Source of the DNA: Clostridiaceae bacterium
Lineage (GTDB): Bacteria > Bacillota > Clostridia > Acetivibrionales > DTU013
DNA: 43,995 nucleotides
Assembly: GCA_039679375.1 (NCBI GenBank)
Contig: JBDKVA010000039.1
Span: 1-43,995 of the forward strand
Direction: 5' to 3'
Part shown: positions 1 to 8,149 of the stretch, piece after piece
Numbering within the stretch: the stretch's first letter is position 1
How the letters are laid out: the number at the start of each line of letters is the position of its first letter
Made by a program: the position numbers and the translations under genes
The notes under the pieces: model-generated
Database searches by the model: none
What the model was told of the DNA's origin: nothing
What the model saw: the letters and a program-made list of their open reading frames with translations, nothing else

Positions 1-964
1 TGCTGTTTGCGGCTGGATGAAAAAAAGGCATAATTGGGACATAAAGCCCGAATGGATCACCGGTTCGGCCGGCGTGGTGCGCGCATTTTTTGCTGCCGTC
101 AGAGCCTTCACCGATCCGGGTGACGGGGTCATTATTATGACGCCCGTGTACTATCCCTTCTACAACGCCATATCAAGGAACAATCGAAAGCTGGTCAATA
201 GCCCTTTGATCAACACCGGCTCAACCTATATCATCGACTATGATGATCTGGAAAAGAAAGTAAAGGATCCGAATAATAAAGTGCTGCTTTTCTGCAGCCC
301 TCACAATCCGGTCGGCAGGGTATGGCGCAGGGACGAATTGGAAAGGGTCGGCGAAATTTGCCTGAGAAATAATGTTCTTATCATCTCGGATGAAATACAT
401 TTTGATCTTGTCATGCCCGGGAATATGCATACGGTATTTGCTGCCGTTTCACAGGAACTGGCCGATAACATGATCGTTTGCACCGCACCCAGCAAGACCT
501 TCAATTTAGCCGGCATGCACAATTCCAATATTATTATCCCAAATAGTAAACTGAGAGAAAAATACTTGAAGGAGAATATGTCGATCGGATTCTCCTCTCT
601 TAATATTCTGGGGTACAAGGCTTGCGAAATTGCATATGAAAAATGCGAAGCCTGGCTCGACGGGCTTTTAAAGGTAATTGACCACAACCGCCTGGAACTG
701 AAAAAATACATTGAGGAAAATATACCTGGGATCAAGGTCTATGATCTTGAAGGAACATATCTGCAGTGGATGGATTTCAATGGATTTCATCTCAATAAGG
801 ATGAGCTTGAAAAATTGATGCATGAAAAAGCTGAAGTTTTCTTTGATGAAGGGTATGTATTCGGGGAAGAAGGCGCCGGGTTCGAAAGGATGAATATAGC
901 ATGCCCGGCCGGCGTTTTAACGGCGGCGCTGGAAAGGCTGAAAGATACACTCGGTAAAATATGA
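1..964 (+). CDS. patB: PLP-dependent C-S lyase / cystathionine beta-lyase (PatB/MalY family), 5'-truncated at the window edge
   Basis: The frame is open from nt 2 and the stop is at 962-964. The translation (AVCGWM..NWDIKPEWITGSAGVV..FTDPGDGVIIMTPVYYPFY..CSPHNPVGRVW..SDEIHFDL..CTAPSKTFNLAG) matches B. subtilis PatB across these blocks. The N-terminal ~75 aa lie upstream of the window. Confidence 0.85.
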   Translation, partial: AVCGWMKKRHNWDIKPEWITGSAGVVRAFFAAVRAFTDPGDGVIIMTPVYYPFYNAISRNNRKLVNSPLINTGSTYIIDYDDLEKKVKDPNNKVLLFCSPHNPVGRVWRRDELERVGEICLRNNVLIISDEIHFDLVMPGNMHTVFAAVSQELADNMIVCTAPSKTFNLAGMHNSNIIIPNSKLREKYLKENMSIGFSSLNILGYKACEIAYEKCEAWLDGLLKVIDHNRLELKKYIEENIPGIKVYDLEGTYLQWMDFNGFHLNKDELEKLMHEKAEVFFDEGYVFGEEGAGFERMNIACPAGVLTAALERLKDTLGKI

Positions 965-968
965 TAAG

Positions 969-1159
969 GGGATCGTTAAAATATAACTTCCGCTAAACTT
1001 TTTCGAGGAACATACCGGCTAATTTCCTTGTAGGAAATTGCCGGGGACTAACCGCTTCATTCCTCAATAGCTTTCGCCTAAGCGAAAGGTTTCATTAGTG
1101 TAGCCTTTCTGCGAAGCAGAAAGCCATTAAAAGAATCGGAAGTAATATTTTAGCCGACC
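969..1159. repeat. Interspersed structured repeat family A, long copy (~190 nt) with ~20-bp terminal inverted repeats and three internal hairpins
   Basis: The 5' arm ggatcgttaaaatataacttccg is nearly the reverse complement of the 3' arm cggaagtaatattttagccgacc. The same termini and core (ctaaactttttcgaggaac..actaaccgct.cattcctcaa..aagaatcggaagtaatattttagccgacc) recur at 9196-9292. This copy carries two extra internal segments that each fold into hairpins (aatttcct/aggaaatt, ctttcgc/gcgaaag, ctttctgc/gcagaaag). Confidence 0.7.
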
Positions 1160-1174
1160 CTTAATTGGAACTGC

Positions 1175-1924
1175 TCATAGTTTTTTTATTGAGCCAAACA
1201 AGCTGTCCATACTGACCTTCAATCCGTCAAAAATAAACGAGGCTATATTATCGCCGTCCTTATAGGTCTTGCTGCCAACCGGATCTGACTTTTCAAACAG
1301 AAAGACCGTTACTTCCCTGCTGAACGGGTTTATGATCCAGTATTCCTTGACGCCGGTGGACATATACAAATCCAGCTTCTTTACCTGATCCTTGCCCCGC
1401 GAGCTTTCAGACAGGATCTCCACCATGAGGGAAGGTACGCCCATATAATAATTCTTTTCATTCAGTTTTTCTTCAAGATCACAGATCACCATGAGATCGG
1501 GCTGCACGATATTTATATTCTCCTCGTTCCTTTTTAATGTAATGTCAAAGGGTGCAAACAAGGGTCTGCAAGATTTACCCCTGAACCAGTTGTAGAGTAT
1601 ACCATAAAGCTCGCCAAGGATTTGCTGATGAACAGCTTTAGGCGATGCCAGCAGATAGATCTCCCCGTCTATATATTCGTACCGCTCTTCACTGTTTTCG
1701 GAAATCTCCAGAAATTCCTCATAGGAAACCTTCCTTGGTTTCAGCGCATACAACTCCGCTCTTTCCTGAATCAGCGATCCGGAGCCGGAAGCTTCTGTTT
1801 TGTCCTCATATGCAGTTAGTCTGGCTATCTTTCTGCCGTTGCTGGTAACGATGACCTCTTCTCTTGCTGCAGCCCTCAGGTATTTGCCGAGGTTGTTCTT
1901 CAGGTCGGTTGCATTCACGATCAT
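1175..1924 (-). CDS. Fusion protein with an N-terminal Phd/YefM-type antitoxin-like domain and a C-terminal Uma2-family (DUF820, PD-(D/E)xK-like) endonuclease domain
   Basis: The N-terminus MIVNATDLKNNLGKYLRAAAREEVIVTSNGRKIARLTAYE is a typical YefM/Phd start. A GS-rich linker follows. The rest (EYIDGEIYLLASP..H..ILGELYGIL..PDLMVICD..PSLMVEILSESSRGKD..KKLDLYMSTGVKEYWIINPFSREVTVF) matches Uma2 family motifs. I chose the ATG at 1924 because a G-rich SD sits 9 nt upstream. The track's start at 1939 adds 5 aa. Confidence 0.7.
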   Translation of the reverse strand: MIVNATDLKNNLGKYLRAAAREEVIVTSNGRKIARLTAYEDKTEASGSGSLIQERAELYALKPRKVSYEEFLEISENSEERYEYIDGEIYLLASPKAVHQQILGELYGILYNWFRGKSCRPLFAPFDITLKRNEENINIVQPDLMVICDLEEKLNEKNYYMGVPSLMVEILSESSRGKDQVKKLDLYMSTGVKEYWIINPFSREVTVFLFEKSDPVGSKTYKDGDNIASFIFDGLKVSMDSLFGSIKKL

Positions 1925-2113
1925 ATATCCCGCCCCCATTTATATATTAGCCATTATAGCCACAATAGCTATTTCAGCTAATATAAGTTTATAACACAAG
2001 GAAGACTTTGTCAATATAATTTAACAAATAATTCATGCAGGTTACTCCATCACATTTACATAATAGAGCTGATAAAGGCCTTTCTCAACGTGGCAATAAA
2101 ATTCGGCCTTAAA

Positions 2114-2152
2114 CGCAGAAAAAGAGGACTGCCATCAAAGACCAGTCCTCTT
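2114..2152 (-). terminator. Rho-independent terminator on the minus strand, downstream of the ogg-DUF3343 transcription unit
   Basis: The stem is agaggactg / cagtcctct with an 11-nt loop. On the minus strand a T5 run follows it. Confidence 0.45.
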
Positions 2153-2608
2153 ACATTTTAAACCCGAAAAGCCGTTCCCCTATATTTTGACACCTAGCCC
2201 ATCGCTAGGTGGGTATCCTGCCGACAGCTTCAATCTTCCACCGCCGTAGCCGCACGTTCGAGCCGTGTGCCGGAATTAACTTGTGGCCTGATATTTACTG
2301 TCAAACACCGGAGTCCCTTATATCAAATGTAGGTTCAAAATAATAGGTTTATCCGAGCATTTCAGGTCGTAATCATAAAGTTTTCATAGGCTGTACGCCT
2401 ACATTTTACTGCGATTGAAAACTTTCGTCCGCATCGCTTTCTGTATTTAAATTATATCACTGTTATTTTTTATTAACAACAAACCAAAACCATAATTAGA
2501 ACCCTAAAGCGCCAAATAAATCAATCAGACTTCTATTTTCTACACCATTCAAACAAATAGCTGCTTAGCTTAGGAACATTATGGAAAATATCGTGACAGG
2601 CTATCGTT

Positions 2609-2866
2609 TTAATATATTTTTTCGTATTTGTTCTTCGTAATCTGCGGAACCACCCTGTAGATCTCCCTAATATAGATATTATTGTACATTGCTTCTCTAA
2701 TCACCATATCCTTGTACTCAAGAGGGAACTTCAGGCAATAGCTGCACCCGTTTTTCGCAATATGGCAGGGGGTGGATGTCACCTCAAAAATGTATCCTTT
2801 CTTCTCAAGAATATTGCATAGCTTTAGTGCATAGTTTCCGGAATCCATCAATGCGATCGCGTCCAT
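2609..2866 (-). CDS. Small DUF3343-like protein (putative Se/S carrier-like)
   Basis: This 85-aa ORF lies 68 nt downstream of ogg on the same strand. Its conserved Cys pattern (TPCHIAKNGCSYC) resembles the DUF3343 family. Confidence 0.5.
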   Translation of the reverse strand: MDAIALMDSGNYALKLCNILEKKGYIFEVTSTPCHIAKNGCSYCLKFPLEYKDMVIREAMYNNIYIREIYRVVPQITKNKYEKIY

Positions 2867-2934
2867 TTAATCATGCTCCTCTCTATTCTTTCAATATATT
2901 TTATTGAGAGTGCATGCATAATGTGACGATTGGC

Positions 2935-3819
2935 TCAAATCCCGATCCTATGTTCCCTGGCATAATAGAAAAGATACTGCTGGGCTATGCCGGCATATTC
3001 GCCGAATTTCACGGCAGCAAACTGCTGGATTTCCTTGAAGCTTGCTTCACGCTTGAAATACAGCTCCTCCATGACCCGTTTCACCCACACATCCGTGGGG
3101 AATACATCGTACTTTATACCGCTATAAAGCAGCATGCAGTCAGCCACCTTATTACCGACTCCATAAAGCTGCAGCAGATATTTTCTTGCCTCATCCGTAT
3201 CAAGCTCTGCAAGCTTCTTCAGGCTAAATGCGCCCTGTTCGATTTGGGCTGCCGCCTTATGAATATAACCGCACCTGTATCCTGCCCTGCATATCTGTAT
3301 CTGTTCGAGGCTGCATGCGGCAAGGCTGCCGGCATCGGGAAAGGCATGGAATATTTTGCCGTCATATTCCAGTTCTTTTCCATAGTATCCGGACATGTCC
3401 TCAATGATCTTCATGATCCTTGGAATTCTATTGTTGGATGAAACAATAAACGAAATCAGCGTCTCCCAGGGCTCCTGCCTGAGCAGTCTTATACCGTTTC
3501 CATACTCCACGGCTTCTTTCATGATATCATCTGTCACAATAGCTTTCTTGACTAAGCCGTAATCTCTTCCCAGGTCGAAATAATCAAACCAGATATTCTG
3601 AAAATCTTCTAAGGTTACATTACGAATGACGAGCCTGCCATCAATATAGCCTGCATTCGCCACCTTTCCGCGCACTACCCCGGTATAGCTCCCGTCAGGC
3701 TCTCTGCGCCACCTGAAGCATTGTCCGCACTCAAAGGTATGCACCGGATCAAAGTCCCTGATTTCTTCAATTTCTATGCCTTCCTCAATGGTATTGATCT
3801 CATAGCCTTTATATTTCAT
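2935..3819 (-). CDS. ogg: 8-oxoguanine DNA glycosylase / N-glycosylase-DNA lyase (Ogg, HhH-GPD superfamily)
   Basis: The HhH-GPD motif LLQLYGVGNKVADCMLLYS and the overall length fit the Ogg family. I chose the ATG at 3819 because the SD GAGGGTGG lies upstream. The track start at 3828 is a GTG. Confidence 0.85.
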   Translation of the reverse strand: MKYKGYEINTIEEGIEIEEIRDFDPVHTFECGQCFRWRREPDGSYTGVVRGKVANAGYIDGRLVIRNVTLEDFQNIWFDYFDLGRDYGLVKKAIVTDDIMKEAVEYGNGIRLLRQEPWETLISFIVSSNNRIPRIMKIIEDMSGYYGKELEYDGKIFHAFPDAGSLAACSLEQIQICRAGYRCGYIHKAAAQIEQGAFSLKKLAELDTDEARKYLLQLYGVGNKVADCMLLYSGIKYDVFPTDVWVKRVMEELYFKREASFKEIQQFAAVKFGEYAGIAQQYLFYYAREHRIGI

Positions 3820-3953
3820 TGCTTCCACCCTCTATTCATTGTATTCCGAGGCCAAATACCGCAAATGATTTGGTCTTCCGTCCTATTCATGCTATAATTA
3901 ATCATAATTGTATCAAAAAACCCCCGCACTTGAACAGACAGGGAGGGTAAATC

Positions 3954-4733
3954 GTGAAAGAAAAAATTTATACCATACCCGTTACAGAAGCATTCGGGCA
4001 GGATTGTGAATGTCCGGTTTGCCTGCTTGAAAAGAAGCTTGAGGACGACAATATTGATTATAATCTTGGCGCTGCACTGATGGAACCGGATTGCAGAATA
4101 GAGACCAATAAGAAAGGCTTTTGCCGCAGGCACTTCGAAATGCTGTATAACAAACAGGAAAACAGGCTCGGACTAGGGCTTGTGACGGATACCCACATGC
4201 GGCAACACCTCCTGGAACTCGAAGAACTCAGTAAAGCTGCAAATGACGCAGTTAAAAGCTCCAAACCTTCAAACCCGTTGTTTGGAGCACTTTCAGGCAA
4301 ATTTTCATTAAAAGGCCAGAATAGTGATGAACCCGCAAAAATGCTCATTGAACTGCTCACCTGTATGGAAAGGAGTTGCACGGTCTGTGACAAGCTTGAG
4401 CGTACAATGGACAGATACATGGATGTCATTATGTATCTATGGTCCCGGGAAGAAGATTTCCGGCAGCTTTTTGCCGACAGGAAAGGCTTTTGCCTGGTCC
4501 ATCTGAAGCAGCTCGCCCAAGCCTCCGTCAAATATCTGAGCCCGCGCGAGCGCGCACTGTTTATAAACATGCTTTTGCAGCAGCAGGTCGAAAACATGGA
4601 CAGGATCGAAAAGGAACTTGACTGGTTTACAAAAAAGTTCGACTACCGCAATAACGAGGCCTCCTGGGGCAATTCAAAGGACGCCCTTCCACGCAGCATA
4701 CAGAAATTGAAAGGCTACTTAAGCCTGAAATAG
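3954..4733 (+). CDS. Hypothetical protein with two internally repeated Cys-rich modules (CxxC ... GFCxxH), possibly zinc-ribbon-like
   Basis: The ORF has a GTG start with the SD GGGAGGG 6 nt upstream. A duplicated pattern is visible: CECPVC..KKGFCRRHF and CTVCDK..RKGFCLVHL. I recognised no known catalytic motif. Confidence 0.55.
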   Translation: MKEKIYTIPVTEAFGQDCECPVCLLEKKLEDDNIDYNLGAALMEPDCRIETNKKGFCRRHFEMLYNKQENRLGLGLVTDTHMRQHLLELEELSKAANDAVKSSKPSNPLFGALSGKFSLKGQNSDEPAKMLIELLTCMERSCTVCDKLERTMDRYMDVIMYLWSREEDFRQLFADRKGFCLVHLKQLAQASVKYLSPRERALFINMLLQQQVENMDRIEKELDWFTKKFDYRNNEASWGNSKDALPRSIQKLKGYLSLK

Positions 4734-4743
4734 AAATCGAAAA

Positions 4744-4795
4744 GGGCATCGAGCTCTTCGATTTTTGAGCAAGACCCCGCTATGCTCCATGAATA
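4744..4795. repeat. Interspersed repeat family C, copy 1 (~50 nt)
   Basis: The sequence gggcatcgagctcttcgatttttgagcaagaccccgctatgctccatgaat is about 85% identical to 33438-33488. A partial relative, gagggcgtcgagccccgctca, lies at 21140-21160. Confidence 0.5.
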
Positions 4796-4867
4796 GAAGC
4801 CGGTACAGCCTTAACCATCCGCCTCGACAGACCAGCTTCAGTCTATCGGCTTGAATTCAAGTATCTA

Positions 4868-5518
4868 TCACAGCTTTATATAAGAATTACCGTCGAGCGG
4901 TACCAGTACCTGTAAAGGAGTCGGCCCCCCAACCTGCCCTACGGCGTAAACCGTATAAAACCTGTTGGGCAGCAGCTGAATATTGGGGACATACAACAGG
5001 CTTTTGTCCGTGCCGGACTGCTGCAGATAAAAGGTATAAAGACTGGGGGAAATAGAAATATAGCTGGCTGCCGCCCCATACGAGACGTCTTCGAATAACG
5101 CTGTTCCATTTGAAAGGACCAGATCCATGTCCGGACCATCGGGCACCAGGTTTGCAAACCGCAGATACAGTCTGCCTGCCGGTATTTGCAGTACAGGTTC
5201 AAAGAAAGCTTTTGCGCTTATACCTGGCGATATTCCAATTACTGCAGTTGTGACGATCGATTGGACCGGTATTTCTGTCTGAGTGTCCAATAACGCCATA
5301 CCTGTAGTCCCTGATGGAAAAACTTTGATATTGTATAAGCCGGGAACCACCTGCAGGTATTCCGTAAATCCTTTATAGGAAAGCCCGGGAGCGATCAGGC
5401 TGCCGTTTGCATACACATCCACAGCCGCCGTGCCCGGAGACGCGTGAAGCAGTCTCATATAGGAAACGCCTTGCCTCGCCATGCCGTAACTGCTAAAATA
5501 ATCCCGCTGAAAATACAT
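4868..5518 (-). CDS. DUF4397 domain protein with two tandem DUF4397-like repeats
   Basis: The motif RLLHASPGTAAVDVYANG and a second repeat (RFANLVPDGPDMDLV) fit DUF4397. I chose the ATG at 5518 because the SD GGGGAGTGG is upstream. The track start at 5527 is a GTG. Confidence 0.6.
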   Translation of the reverse strand: MYFQRDYFSSYGMARQGVSYMRLLHASPGTAAVDVYANGSLIAPGLSYKGFTEYLQVVPGLYNIKVFPSGTTGMALLDTQTEIPVQSIVTTAVIGISPGISAKAFFEPVLQIPAGRLYLRFANLVPDGPDMDLVLSNGTALFEDVSYGAAASYISISPSLYTFYLQQSGTDKSLLYVPNIQLLPNRFYTVYAVGQVGGPTPLQVLVPLDGNSYIKL

Positions 5519-5640
5519 TCCTTCCACTCCCCTTGTGACGCAATAAAACTACTATATCTTATGCATCATCTTTCCGGGCGGTTCACATAATCTGCCTGCT
5601 GCAACCTTGTAAAAGGAACTCTATCCTTCAACAGAATGCC

Positions 5641-6471
5641 TTATTTATTTTCGGGGTTTTCAACAACAAGACTCTTAACTGTGACATTGACCTGCGCTAT
5701 ATTAAGCGCTGTCAGCCTTTCGACCTCACTGCTCACATTGCGCTGTATCTCCTTGATCAATGCCCTGATGCTGCAGCCATAGATCAATACCAGGTCCATG
5801 TCCATGTAAGTGCCGTCAGGACGGTTTTCCGCCCTGAACCTGGATATTTTACTCACACCTTTCATATTGGTCACGACATATTCCACGATCTGATATATTG
5901 TATAATCCGATATCGTATAATTCCCCAGATAGCTGAATGTCGGCCTGACAACGGATTTTTCACCATCAAGCTGGAAATTCCCCTTGCCCTTCCTTCTGAA
6001 AATCTGAAGAGGATCCAGAAAATAACCGGAAAAATCCTTTTTTATTTCAAAAGTCGGGACAGGAATAACGTGCTTTCCCTGCTCTCTTCTTGTAGTAATG
6101 GCCTGCTTGATTTCAAATTCATCCGCCACGTCCGTGATGTTTACCTTTTCACTGACCTCCGGTAATTCAAGCCTTTGCGATATCCTCTCAACCATCTGGT
6201 CGGAGGTGCCCAGTATAAGTATCGCTTCCGGCCTGTACAGCTTTATGGCCTGCATAACCTCCGCCGCATGGTTATCATCACTGAATAAGGCCCGTTTGAT
6301 GGAACCGATCCTTGTTTTTTCCTTTTTAGCCGAAGTACCTGCTATGACCTGGTTAACCTTAATGAACAGCCCATCATCTATAATGAACTCGATACCTCTT
6401 TCTCTTGCAACCCATGAGGCTCTGTGACTTTTACCGCTGCCGCTCGGACCCACAAATCCGACTACTCTCAA
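5641..6471 (-). CDS. P-loop NTPase (Walker A GPSGSGKS) fused to a C-terminal Asp23/Gls24-like domain
   Basis: The Walker A motif VGFVGPSGSGKSH is present. The C-terminus (YTISDYTIYQIVEYVVTNMKGVSKISRFRAEN..QVNVTVKSL) resembles the Asp23 family. I prefer a TTG start at 6471 because a perfect SD, AGGAGGTGG, lies 7 nt upstream. The upstream ATG at 6528 would add 19 aa and has no SD. Confidence 0.6.
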   Translation of the reverse strand: MRVVGFVGPSGSGKSHRASWVARERGIEFIIDDGLFIKVNQVIAGTSAKKEKTRIGSIKRALFSDDNHAAEVMQAIKLYRPEAILILGTSDQMVERISQRLELPEVSEKVNITDVADEFEIKQAITTRREQGKHVIPVPTFEIKKDFSGYFLDPLQIFRRKGKGNFQLDGEKSVVRPTFSYLGNYTISDYTIYQIVEYVVTNMKGVSKISRFRAENRPDGTYMDMDLVLIYGCSIRALIKEIQRNVSSEVERLTALNIAQVNVTVKSLVVENPENK

Positions 6472-6642
6472 GTAGCCACCTCCTGACAATTTTAAAAGAA
6501 CTCTCTCCTTACTTATCAAAAAGAACATTCCAAAACATCAGACAACAGAAAACAGATGCAAGAAACCTGATGCCCCTTACATTGTATCAAAAAAGAAACG
6601 GACCCCGCAACCGCAGCTTATTTAAAATCTCCCCATATATAG

Positions 6643-6672
6643 GAAAAAGAGAGTCATTGACTCTCTTTTCTT
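6643..6672 (-). terminator. Hairpin terminator downstream of ytxC, T-flanked on both strands
   Basis: The stem is agagagtca / tgactctct. A T5 run follows on the minus strand and tttctttcc follows on the plus strand. Confidence 0.4.
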
Positions 6673-6970
6673 TCCCCGGATTCTCGTCTTTTGTACACTT
6701 TTACATTTTGTCGTTCGTTTCTTTAATACTTTTGTCTTTAGTATAAAAACGTTATTTAAACTTTTTGGATATGACTACCTTTATCTATATTATGTACCAC
6801 CAAAAATATTTTTATACATTATATTGTGTACACGTATATTTTATCATCCTAAATAAACTTGTCAATATATATGGAAAAAAATTTTGTAGAAATTTTCAAT
6901 TGTTAATAAATTAATGTAGAATTACATAAAAAAAAGGCTGGCATGCATCAGCTCAACCAGCCCGCTCTGC

Positions 6971-7885
6971 TTACTTCTTATTTTCACTCTTCACCATACT
7001 CAGCATGCATACATCACAGCCCTGACAAATGACGACCCTGCCGGAAAAGACATTCTTTATTGTCTCCATGAGCTCCTTGTTCCGGAACTGCCCCTGACAG
7101 TGGATCACGATCTTCCTTGGCGCAAATGTAATAAGAGAGCTTACAAGCAGATCATCATAATTGATCTCACCCTCTGCAATCTCATTTACATATTCCTGTA
7201 TACACTCATTGGTAATTTCCTTTTTCGATTCGTCTAAAAGCGTATACCTGTTGTCATAACCAACGATAACGTGGACCGTGTCAATTTTCGGTTCCTGAAT
7301 ATCGACAAAATACCTCAACAACCTGATAAATTCCCTGTATTCCCTATCCATCAGAAAATCGTCTACAGCTTTCTCCACTACTTCTTCCAGATCCTTCATA
7401 TATTCCTTTAGCCTGAAGTTTACGAAGCCATCAAGAATAATGTTATTCGAGTTGTCGAAATAATCCATTAAACGCCTTACGATGACATTCCTTCTTCTGA
7501 TCTGGAACAGGCTGTTGAAAAAGGTTTTGTCTTCATTTTTTATTATATTAAGAGCCTTGCTCAATATTTCTCTTCTTTCTGCTGAGTTGAAGTAGCAGTA
7601 ATTGCTGTTAATGATTCTTGTAAGGAGCCTTTCTTCATACTGCCTGATGATATAGTCGGCAAGTGCATTTGAAATATACGTTTTCAGTACTTTATACGAC
7701 TCTATCGATTTCTCCCTGTAAAATCTGCCATCATTAACTGCGCATATAATGGAAGTCGATCCCTCGGAATTGATCTCATCAATTGAATAATTTATCTTTT
7801 TGTTTTTCAGTTGCTGGAGTTCATTCGTTATGTGCTGCATCACCGCATCAGCACTTCCGTTCACTCCAATGCAAAGAAACTGCAT
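6971..7885 (-). CDS. ytxC: Putative sporulation protein YtxC
   Basis: Length, composition and the conserved C-terminal region resemble the YtxC family (pfam08812) of spore formers. I chose the ATG at 7885 because the SD GAAGGGA is upstream. The track start at 7894 is a GTG. Confidence 0.55.
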   Translation of the reverse strand: MQFLCIGVNGSADAVMQHITNELQQLKNKKINYSIDEINSEGSTSIICAVNDGRFYREKSIESYKVLKTYISNALADYIIRQYEERLLTRIINSNYCYFNSAERREILSKALNIIKNEDKTFFNSLFQIRRRNVIVRRLMDYFDNSNNIILDGFVNFRLKEYMKDLEEVVEKAVDDFLMDREYREFIRLLRYFVDIQEPKIDTVHVIVGYDNRYTLLDESKKEITNECIQEYVNEIAEGEINYDDLLVSSLITFAPRKIVIHCQGQFRNKELMETIKNVFSGRVVICQGCDVCMLSMVKSENKK

Positions 7886-8149
7886 CAACTTCACATCCCT
7901 TCAAGTGTTAGTATATGTCTAAGCAAAATGTTGTATGCAGCATAGGACATATGCAAATTCTCCCACACTTATTACATTTCCACCTTATATTTCTATCTTT
8001 GTGTGCTTTCACCTGCCCCAACAATTATGAAAATGCACGCTCTGCACTTTATTTCTTATATATTATATGTAGATTCGGAAAGTAAGTTACTTAAGTAGAC
8101 CGTCAACACTCAATGAATATTCTGGATTTTTCCCATTATATTATTAAAA

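Noticed and set aside
1-16. tgctgtttgc at the window start resembling the core of repeat B
   Set aside because: This 10-nt match lies inside the conserved PatB coding frame (AVCGW). It is most likely a coincidence.
2190-2320. A possible SRP (4.5S-like) or tmRNA gene in the 2153-2608 non-coding stretch
   Set aside because: I looked for the domain IV GGAAGCAGC / GUGUGCCGG pairing and the tmRNA tag-reading-frame motifs. Only partial, non-complementary matches were found (gtgtgccgg is present but without its partner helix).
2914-3441. A 175-aa plus-strand ORF overlapping ogg
   Set aside because: It lies entirely antisense within a well-supported glycosylase gene. It has no SD and no recognisable motifs. 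It is a typical shadow ORF.
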